From Candidatus Kaiserbacteria bacterium RIFCSPLOWO2_12_FULL_50_10 (lineage in GTDB: Bacteria > Patescibacteriota > Minisyncoccia > Phycocordibacterales > UBA918): 60,381 bases of DNA. A program made the position numbers and the translations under genes. The notes below the pieces were generated by a model, which did not search any database, was not told the DNA's origin, and saw nothing but the letters and a program-made list of their open reading frames with translations. Shown here one piece after another: positions 54,113 through 60,381 of the stretch (position 1 is its first letter; each line of letters opens with the position of its first letter). The DNA lies in the NCBI GenBank assembly GCA_001783515.1, contig MFMN01000004.1, positions 1 through 60,381 on the forward strand, written 5' to 3'.

Positions 54113-54140
54113 ATAATAGCATGTAGATGCTATTTGTCAA
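54113..54140 (-). promoter_or_regulatory. Sigma70-type promoter TTGACA-N16-TATTAT
   Basis: Minus strand reads TTGACAaatagcatctacatgcTATTAT. Confidence 0.65.
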
Positions 54141-54152
54141 TACTTTCAAAGT

Positions 54153-54283
54153 CTCGATTCCTTCTGAATGACAAAAGTAACGGCTAGTGTTCTAAAGAAA
54201 TAAATAGTTAAACCCACGTGGATTTAACTATTTAGTATTCAAAAACACTGCATGTACCTTTTGTCATCCTGACGGGATCCAGG
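54153..54283. mobile_element. Family B MITE-like element, copy B3
   Basis: ctcgattccttctgaatgacaaaagtaacgg...accttttgtcatcctgacgggatccagg, with internal tagttaaacccacgtggatttaacta hairpin. Confidence 0.8.
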
Positions 54284-54312
54284 CGTCAAAGCATAAGACG
54301 TAATCGTTCAAT

Positions 54313-54353
54313 GTATGTAATTTGTCCGTCCAACTCCATTCGAGCAACGCCGG
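54313..54353 (-). pseudogene. Degenerate duplicate of the tRNA-Lys 3' part plus its 3' flank
   Basis: gtatgtaatttgtccgtccaactccattcgagcaacgccgg corresponds to gtatgtaattttgtccgtccagttggattcgaaccaacgaccg at 54384-54427. Confidence 0.7.
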
Positions 54354-54396
54354 TGTAAAGGCCATGAAAGGTTGTCGTGCACCGTATGTAATTTTG

Positions 54397-54469
54397 TCCG
54401 TCCAGTTGGATTCGAACCAACGACCGTCGGCTTAAAAGGCCGCTGCTCTACCGACTGAGCTATGGACGG
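54397..54469 (-). tRNA. tRNA-Lys (anticodon UUU)
   Basis: The minus strand folds as a cloverleaf: acceptor CCGTCCA/TGGACGG, D arm GCTC-AGTCGGTA-GAGC, anticodon loop CTTTTAA, T arm GTTGG-TTCGAAT-CCAAC, discriminator A. CCA is not encoded. Confidence 0.9.
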
Positions 54470-54524
54470 ATATTTCCGCTTTGGTGCGAGAAATATAGCA
54501 CATTAGAGGAAAAAGTCTACGTTT

Positions 54525-55541
54525 TTACTTCCCCTGTCCATAAATACTACGGAGCTTTTGTACATGTTCTTCATATGTTTCCGAACAGTGGAATTTAGTG
54601 CGGGTTTGATGGAAGTAGAAAAGGCAGTCTGTTATCGCGGGGTTAAGGGCAAGGAGGACGGTGTCGCGCGTTGGGTTCGAGATTGGCTCAGGCGGAAGCC
54701 CTTTGTTTTTGTAGGTGTTGAAGGGCGAATTAATCGCTTTGTCGGCAGCACGCGGTGTTGGCCACCATGATGCGGCGGTGCCGCGCGAATACTGGAGCGT
54801 TGCATCGAGCTGCAGCGCCATGTCGACAAAGAGCCTGTTCCAAATAACGCCAGAGATGATGCGTCCGTCTTCTAGGTTGTATGCCTCACGCTCAATAAGT
54901 GAGGCGATAATGAGTGCGTCTTTCAGTGGCACACTCGGTTCCTCAATGCCTTCGTATCGTCCTAAAATCTCGGTCGCAAATCTGTCGATAACCATCTGTG
55001 CAACAATAGCGGGGCGTGCTTTCTTGGGAACGATGTATGAGCCAGGATAAAATTGTCCGTCGATGGTGTCCGTATACGCTGCGGCAACTTGTGTCAGGAA
55101 TACGTCACGGTCGGCTTTTGACCACCCGAGTACATAGCCGATGTCGCGAGCTGCTTCCTCCTTGCGTTGCCCTGCGTAAATCACCACCACCTTGCTTGCG
55201 GGCATGGTAATCGAAAGCGCAGAGTCTTGCGCGACGGCACCAATCCACTTCGTAACGGGGTTGTCGGTAAGGAGTGAACGGATCGGCTCGGCAGTACCGT
55301 CGCTTGCGATGAATGTTTCGAATGCGTTGTCGCTGCGAATAGAGCGGCGCATCGGGTCGACAGAAATAGGAAAGGCGCTTTTGGTGCGGTCGTCAATAAG
55401 CGACGAAGCATCAAAGGTCATGGCAATATACGCCGTAAGCGTTGCAAAGGGAAGTGCGATAGCGAGAACAAGAAAGTATACCGCACGAACAACCCATATG
55501 TATCGCCGAGGAATAATTTCGAACCAAATAACGCGTCGCAT
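54525..55541 (-). CDS. mltG: Endolytic murein transglycosylase MltG (YceG family)
   Basis: 338 aa from ATG 55541 with an N-terminal TM, and ASLIEREA, GVIWNRL, LQLDATLQY and SPFNTYKNKGLPPEPISNP. Confidence 0.88.
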   Translation of the reverse strand: MRRVIWFEIIPRRYIWVVRAVYFLVLAIALPFATLTAYIAMTFDASSLIDDRTKSAFPISVDPMRRSIRSDNAFETFIASDGTAEPIRSLLTDNPVTKWIGAVAQDSALSITMPASKVVVIYAGQRKEEAARDIGYVLGWSKADRDVFLTQVAAAYTDTIDGQFYPGSYIVPKKARPAIVAQMVIDRFATEILGRYEGIEEPSVPLKDALIIASLIEREAYNLEDGRIISGVIWNRLFVDMALQLDATLQYSRGTAASWWPTPRAADKAINSPFNTYKNKGLPPEPISNPTRDTVLLALNPAITDCLFYFHQTRTKFHCSETYEEHVQKLRSIYGQGK

Positions 55542-55548
55542 AGGGCGA

Positions 55549-58500
55549 TTATACCACGGGAGCGGTAAATGACTTGAGTGCATCAAGGATAATCGACTTC
55601 TCGTCGTTGCGCACGGAAACCTTACCTTTCACGGCAATAACAGAACCAGGCACAAGAAGTGTCCCCTGCGTCTCGTACAGTTTAGGGAACATCACGAGCT
55701 CGATGCTGTCCTTACGATTGACGAGCTTAATGAACGCCATTTTGTCACCTTTTTTGGTGAGGAGTGGTCGAACCATTTCAATCATGCCTGCTGTCTTTAC
55801 CTCTTGGTCTTCTTTCCATTCGCGAAGCACGCGCCCGATTGAAGGATAGGTACGGAGCTGTGCTGCGTAGTCGTCGACGGGGTGGCCGTTAATGTAAATC
55901 CCGATGAGCTCCTTTTCCCAGGCAAGCTTTTGCGATTTTGGCACGTCGGGCACTCGCTCGAGGACAAGGTCGCTTGCAAAACCGCCCATGAGTGCAAAGA
56001 GGTCGTCTTGCGCAGATTCCTTTTTCTGCATTTCTGCTTTGTTGAATTCAAGCATCTTCTCCATATTGTGGAGCAGTGTACCGCGCTCTTCGAGGCTGTC
56101 GAATGCGCCAGCCATGGTGAGTGCCTCCATGGATTTTTTGTTGATACCTCTATCAACAACGCGCCGCAGGAAGTCGCTCATCGAGGTAAATGTACCGCCA
56201 TGCTCGCGTTCGGCAAGAAGTGTTTGTGCGATACCTTCGCCGAAGCCTTTGATTGCAGAGAGTCCGAAACGAATGTGTGCGGGATTTTCCGCTTCGTCTT
56301 TGACAATCGCAAAGCCAGGGCGGCTTTCGTTTACGTCTGGCGGCAGGACATGTACACCCATGCGTTCACATTCGTGAATCACGTCAGTGATGGTCTCCAT
56401 GTTGCCCGATTCCGCGGTGAGGACGGCGGTCATGTACTCGACGGGGTAATTCGCCTTCATGTAGGCGGTTTGGTACGCGACGCGACCATACGACGCCGCG
56501 TGCGCCTTGTTGAAACCGTACGCCGCGAACGGCTCGATAAGAAGCCAGAGCGCTTCTGCATTCGCCTCGGAGAGTTTGCCGTACTCAAGAAAGCCCTTAA
56601 AGAGCTTCTCTTTTTCTGCCGCCATAACTTCGGGAACCTTTTTACCCATCGCCTTACGAAGCTTGTCGGCATCGAGCCACGAATACCCTGCGAGTTTAAT
56701 CGCAATCATCATCACGTCATCCTGATAGGTAATCACACCGAACGAACGCTCAAGAATTTCTTTGAGCCTTGGGTCGAGATACGTGACGAGCATCGGGTTA
56801 TGCTTGCGTTCGATGTATTGCGGAATACATTCCATCGGGCCAGGACGGTACAGTGCCACCATCGCGTTGATGTCGTGAATGGTTGATGGCTTGAGTTGCT
56901 TCAAGAATGCGGTCATCCCCGAGCCGTTGAGCTGGAAAAGACCCATCGTCTCACCTTTTGCAAGAATGGCGAAGGTCTTCTCGTCGTCAACCCGAATGTT
57001 TTCGATATCGATGTCGATGCCTCGCGTCTCCCTTACCAGCTTCGTTGCGTCCGCAAGAATAGCAAGGTTGCGAATACCGAGAAAGTCAAACTTGAGAAGG
57101 CCGACACCGTCCTCGCCGACGGAGTTTGATTCGTACTGCGTAATGAGCTTACCTGTTTTGGTGTCGGGCTGTACGGGTGTAAATTCCGTTAAGGGGAGCG
57201 GCGAAATCACTACGCCCGCCGCATGCACGCCGAGCTGCCTCGCGCGACCCTCGATTTTCTTTGCAAGGTCGACGATTTCGCGTACGGCGGCATCTTCCTT
57301 GTACATTTTTGCAAAGTCCGGCTCAATGTCGAGCGCTTTGTCGATGGTCATCTTTGAACCCTGCGAACCAACGGGAATGATTTTTGAAATCTGGTCGCCG
57401 AGCGAGTAGGGATGCCCGAGTACGCGCGCGATGTCGCGCACTGCCGCCTTCGCCATCATGGTGCCGAAGGTACAGATTTGCGCAACGTGGTCGCGGCCGT
57501 ACTTGTCGCGCGCATAGCTGATGATTTCATCGCGACGGTTGTCGGCGTAGTCCATGTCGATGTCGGGAGCAGACGGACGTTCAGGGTTGAGGAAACGTTC
57601 AAAGGGAAGGTTGTATTCGAGCGGGTCTACGTTGGTAATGCCGAGCACGTAGGTTGCAAAGGATCCCGCAACAGAACCACGAATAGTGGTAAGAATGCCG
57701 CGCTCGCGCGCTTCGCGCAAAAGGTCGCCAACGGCGAGGAAGTATTTTGCGTAGCCTTTCTTTTTAATAACGTCGAGCTCGTAGTCGAGACGCTTCAGCG
57801 CATCTGCATTGTCAGGTAAGTAGCCGCGCCACTTGTAGCCTTCGTACGCGGCGTCACGAAGTTCGTCATCTGGCTCCTTGCCAGACTCAATAATAAAGTT
57901 CGGAAAGTGCCAGACTTCGCCCGGCGTCATGGTGTAGCCGCACATGTCGGCGATTTTGAGCGTGTTCGCAAGTGCTTCAGGCTCGTCTGCAAAGTACTCA
58001 CACGCTTGAGTTTGCGAGATAAACGAGAAGTCTTCGTGCTCGCCCTCACCGTCGTCCATCATGTCGAGAATACCGCCCGACTGAATTTTAATCATGGCTT
58101 CGCGCGCGCGGTGGTCTTCTTTTTTGAGGTAGTACACGTCGTGTGCTGCCATAATCTGCACGCCATGTTCCTTGGCGAGCTCTTTGATTCTCGCTTGCGT
58201 TTCCATGTGTCCAGTAATTTCGGGATGGTGGGTTATCTCCATGTAGAGGTCGTCGCCAAAAACACCCTTATACCAATCAAGCGACGCGTGTGCGCGTTCG
58301 TCGAGATGATCTTTCAGTGCCGAAACGGGCTCACTCGAAAAAGAGGGAAGGATACACACCAGGTTTTCTTTGTACTTTTCAATGAGCGCATGATCAATGC
58401 GTGGCTTGTAGTAGAAGCCGCGCATAAAACTCTCCGTCACCATTTTGATAAGGTGCACATATCCCTCATTATTCTTCGCAAGGAAAATCACACGATTCCT

Positions 58501-58782
58501 AGGTTTGTCAAGGGAGCCCTCCCGGTCTTCCATCGTGCGTGGCGCCACAAACGCCTCAAGCCCGATAATAGGCTTCACGCCAGAACCCATCGTCGCCTTA
58601 TAAAAATCAACCGCACCGTAGAGTGCGCCCAAGTCTGTCAGTGCAAGCGCCGTCTGCCCGTCAGCCTTCGCTGCAGCAACGAGCTCCTTCGGCTTTGGAA
58701 TAGCATTGAGCAAAGAATAATGCGAGTGCACATGCAAATGCACAAAAGAGGCCTTCGGCTTCTCAGTAGATTCAGAATCCAT
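55549..58782 (-). CDS. dnaE: DNA polymerase III alpha subunit
   Basis: 1077 aa from ATG 58782 with PHP domain FVHLHVHSHYSLL, a palm/fingers core (PDIDMDY, QICTFGTM) and a C-terminal OB fold. Confidence 0.95.
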   Translation of the reverse strand: MDSESTEKPKASFVHLHVHSHYSLLNAIPKPKELVAAAKADGQTALALTDLGALYGAVDFYKATMGSGVKPIIGLEAFVAPRTMEDREGSLDKPRNRVIFLAKNNEGYVHLIKMVTESFMRGFYYKPRIDHALIEKYKENLVCILPSFSSEPVSALKDHLDERAHASLDWYKGVFGDDLYMEITHHPEITGHMETQARIKELAKEHGVQIMAAHDVYYLKKEDHRAREAMIKIQSGGILDMMDDGEGEHEDFSFISQTQACEYFADEPEALANTLKIADMCGYTMTPGEVWHFPNFIIESGKEPDDELRDAAYEGYKWRGYLPDNADALKRLDYELDVIKKKGYAKYFLAVGDLLREARERGILTTIRGSVAGSFATYVLGITNVDPLEYNLPFERFLNPERPSAPDIDMDYADNRRDEIISYARDKYGRDHVAQICTFGTMMAKAAVRDIARVLGHPYSLGDQISKIIPVGSQGSKMTIDKALDIEPDFAKMYKEDAAVREIVDLAKKIEGRARQLGVHAAGVVISPLPLTEFTPVQPDTKTGKLITQYESNSVGEDGVGLLKFDFLGIRNLAILADATKLVRETRGIDIDIENIRVDDEKTFAILAKGETMGLFQLNGSGMTAFLKQLKPSTIHDINAMVALYRPGPMECIPQYIERKHNPMLVTYLDPRLKEILERSFGVITYQDDVMMIAIKLAGYSWLDADKLRKAMGKKVPEVMAAEKEKLFKGFLEYGKLSEANAEALWLLIEPFAAYGFNKAHAASYGRVAYQTAYMKANYPVEYMTAVLTAESGNMETITDVIHECERMGVHVLPPDVNESRPGFAIVKDEAENPAHIRFGLSAIKGFGEGIAQTLLAEREHGGTFTSMSDFLRRVVDRGINKKSMEALTMAGAFDSLEERGTLLHNMEKMLEFNKAEMQKKESAQDDLFALMGGFASDLVLERVPDVPKSQKLAWEKELIGIYINGHPVDDYAAQLRTYPSIGRVLREWKEDQEVKTAGMIEMVRPLLTKKGDKMAFIKLVNRKDSIELVMFPKLYETQGTLLVPGSVIAVKGKVSVRNDEKSIILDALKSFTAPVV

Positions 58783-58788
58783 GTGCAC

Positions 58789-58794
58789 AGTATA
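58789..58794 (-). promoter_or_regulatory. Extended -10 (TGaTATACT), 6 nt before dnaE ATG (leaderless)
   Basis: Minus strand reads cgTGaTATACTgtgcacATG. Confidence 0.55.
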
Positions 58795-58860
58795 TCACGA
58801 TCGCAAGCGCCAAAGTTGTTGCGTTGCCGTTCTCGCAATGGTATAACCTAGCAAACCCTC

Positions 58861-58943
58861 GCTGGGGTGGCGGAATGGTAGACGCGCACGACTCAAAATC
58901 GTGTTCTCGTAAGGGAGTGAGGGTTCGAGTCCCTCGCCCAGCA
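58861..58943 (+). tRNA. tRNA-Leu (anticodon CAA), type II long variable arm
   Basis: GCTGGGG-TG-GCGG-AATGGTAGA-CGC, anticodon stem CACGA/TCGTG with loop CTCAAAA, a long variable arm, and T arm GAGGG-TTCGAGT-CCCTC. TGgTATAAC lies 13 nt upstream; CCA is not encoded. Confidence 0.88.
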
Positions 58944-58980
58944 CAAAAAAAGAGCCCCGCACATGGTGTGCGGGGTTTTT
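58944..58980. terminator. Bidirectional intrinsic terminator
   Basis: aaaaaaagag-ccccgcac-atggt-gtgcgggg-ttttt. Confidence 0.9.
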
Positions 58981-58993
58981 GGTGTCCCTATGC

Positions 58994-59722
58994 TCATGGC
59001 TGAGGTTTGGGGACGAAAATGTGGAAGTGGGCGCCGCGGGCTTCGAGGATGAAGAGAATGCGGCTCTCTTTCATGTCTGTCATAAGCTCGTTCGCAATCC
59101 AGCTGCGTTCGGAGACGCTGAGGGTGCGTGTGCTTATGTCGAACGCTGCACCTGTTGCGTGGGTGCCACATACGAGCGGCTCATTGCAGTGCGCTGGCGT
59201 TGCACCACGTCGCGCGAGCGACTTCTGGAGCTCGACAGGTCGCGTCAATGACGTGACCCGAAGCGTGATGCCTTCTGCTCCGGCGCGACGCGCGAGGTTG
59301 GTCAGGTACGCATGTGCCCAAACGCGCAAGACGCGACGTTCGACAGGAAGTCCTTCTGGCCATGCAATATGAAGACTTTCAACCGCGTGCAGCGTTCCTT
59401 CGGCAACAGCGCGGGCTATGTCTTTTTGCGTTTCGAACCGAGGCAGATCGTCGTACGCAGCGAGGCAGATTTCGTGCGAAAGTTTCTCAAGCGAGCCGTG
59501 CAGGGTTGTTGCCTCGGTAAAAAGCGTGAAGATTTCCGCACGGGCGCCGTCCACATAGCGACGCATAATGCAGTCAGTAACGAATTCGCGTACGCGAATA
59601 TCCTTCTGCACTTGCACGAGGCGCATGAGCTGTGCGTAGGAACTTCGTTTGTGTGGCGCTTTGTGTGCGTCCGCATATCCCATGAAAAGGAGCGAGAACA
59701 GGAGTACAAGAAGTGAATGCAT
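58994..59722 (-). CDS. Secreted protein, possibly peptidase M15 / DD- or LD-carboxypeptidase-like fold
   Basis: 242 aa from ATG 59722 with SD ggagg 8 nt upstream and signal peptide MHSLLVLLFSLLFMGYADA. SLTRPVELQ...THATGAAFDIS...GAHFHIFV loosely resembles VanY/M15 metal-site motifs. Confidence 0.45.
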   Translation of the reverse strand: MHSLLVLLFSLLFMGYADAHKAPHKRSSYAQLMRLVQVQKDIRVREFVTDCIMRRYVDGARAEIFTLFTEATTLHGSLEKLSHEICLAAYDDLPRFETQKDIARAVAEGTLHAVESLHIAWPEGLPVERRVLRVWAHAYLTNLARRAGAEGITLRVTSLTRPVELQKSLARRGATPAHCNEPLVCGTHATGAAFDISTRTLSVSERSWIANELMTDMKESRILFILEARGAHFHIFVPKPQP

Positions 59723-59872
59723 GATAGATTCCTCCATGAACAAGAATGAGCAAGATAGAGAAATGGTGCACGCGTTCGAGGTCGTGCGCAAGTTGACATA
59801 CTTCAGAATACGTGGCTTTTGACGGAATCAGTACATGTGGCATGCCATATGGACGAAAAGATGTTCTTGCGG

Positions 59873-59878
59873 TATAGT
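59873..59878 (+). promoter_or_regulatory. -10 box TATAGT, 8 nt before rpoD ATG
   Basis: cggTATAGTgcggtattATG. Confidence 0.45.
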
Positions 59879-59886
59879 GCGGTATT

Positions 59887-60381
59887 ATGGCAACCAAGAA
59901 ATCATCAAAGGTAGCATCCTCGAAAGCGAGCGGCCCCGTGAAGAAAACGGTCGCGAAGAAATCAGTGGCGAAAAAGACCCCCGTAAAAAAAGCGGTTCCT
60001 AAAAAAACCGTAGCAAAGAAAGCAGTTGTCAAAAAAGTTACTGCATCAAAAACCCCTGTCAAGAAGGCGGCTTCCTCGAAAGCGGTCGCTAAAAAAACCT
60101 CTACAAAAAAACCCGTGACCACAACAACATCTACCAAAAAAACAACCACTAAGAAGACGCCTGCTTCTCCAGAAAAGAAGGTGCCGGCGTTTGCCGTGCG
60201 TCTTACGCGAGATGAAATGACTGCACGTGCACGCGAGCTGACCGAAATCGGTCGCAAGCGCGGTTATGTGACCCACGAAGAAATCCTGCAACGATTCCCA
60301 ACTATTGAGCGAGATGTGCCATTCCTCGAAGAACTGTACGAGAAGTTTGCTATTATGGGCGTTGATGTTATCGAAAATGCG
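59887..60381 (+). CDS. rpoD: RNA polymerase primary sigma factor, N-terminal part (3' end outside window), with ~95-aa Lys-rich N-terminal tail
   Basis: My own translation; the ORF is absent from the track because it has no stop in the window. It reads MATKKSSKVASSKASGPVKKTVAKKSVAKK...KKVPAFAVRLTRDEMTARARELTEIGRKRGYVTHEEILQRFPTIERDVPFLEELYEKFAIMGVDVIENA, and the last 60 aa look like sigma70 region 1.1. Confidence 0.75.
   Translation, partial: MATKKSSKVASSKASGPVKKTVAKKSVAKKTPVKKAVPKKTVAKKAVVKKVTASKTPVKKAASSKAVAKKTSTKKPVTTTTSTKKTTTKKTPASPEKKVPAFAVRLTRDEMTARARELTEIGRKRGYVTHEEILQRFPTIERDVPFLEELYEKFAIMGVDVIENA

Noticed and set aside
1688-54283. CRISPR array interpretation of the repeated intergenic sequences
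   Set aside because: The repeats are 70-130 bp hairpin or TIR elements, dispersed singly between genes. They are not short direct repeats with regular unique spacers, and no cas genes are present.
55882-58851. Two long plus-strand ORFs (55882-56886 and 57907-58851) inside dnaE
   Set aside because: They are antisense to an unambiguous full-length DNA polymerase III alpha gene, and they contain no motifs I recognise.
59574-60257. 227-aa minus-strand ORF (F/V/T/A-rich) at the window end
   Set aside because: It is the mirror image of the Lys-rich (AAA/AAG) N-terminal tail of the plus-strand sigma-factor ORF, which continues into recognisable region 1.1 sequence.

Overview
This is a gene-dense 60.4-kb chromosomal segment, GC roughly 50% by eye, with no rRNA, CRISPR array, transposase or integrase gene. 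From gene content and organisation I infer a small-genome, Patescibacteria/CPR-like bacterium; nothing here proves it.

**Recognisable core genes**
- Type IV pilus motor genes: pilB (3' part), pilT and pilC.
- Transcription, chaperone and ribosomal genes: nusA, ppa, groES-groEL, rplJ-rplL, and the 5' part of rpoD, which the ORF track misses because it runs off the window.
- Aminoacyl-tRNA synthetases: glyQS-type GlyRS, metG and leuS.
- Envelope and export: a SEDS ftsW/rodA gene, mltG and secD-secF.
- Other core genes: an HD (p)ppGpp-hydrolase-like gene, trxB divergent from nrdB, rnr, an rpe-like gene, a P-loop kinase, a CPA1 Na+/H+ antiporter, gyrA and dnaE.
- tRNAs: tRNA-Lys(UUU) and tRNA-Leu(CAA).

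**Things worth a second look**
1. A surface-protein block at 36.9-46.8 kb. It is dominated by a 2062-aa beta-helix repeat protein that carries an LCAT-like alpha/beta-hydrolase domain. That gene has a mosaic, AT-rich 3' end and a degenerate duplicate of an internal segment just after its stop codon.
2. A Nudix-box domain inserted in LeuRS.
3. Three intergenic repeat families:
   - A: ~120-nt hairpins placed right after stop codons, with compensatory changes between copies.
   - B: ~133-bp elements with terminal inverted repeats (TIRs), one of them inside the groES-groEL spacer.
   - C: ~70-bp relatives of B.
4. A recurrent -10 box, 6-nt spacer, ATG arrangement that implies leaderless mRNAs for at least 11 core genes. 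By contrast, a GC-richer four-gene cassette (3.4-6.0 kb) and several other orphan genes use canonical -35/-10 promoters, Shine-Dalgarno (SD) sites and their own terminators, like phage morons.
5. A tRNA-Lys locus with a duplicated tRNA 3' fragment.

All functional calls come from motif recognition by eye. No database search was run.
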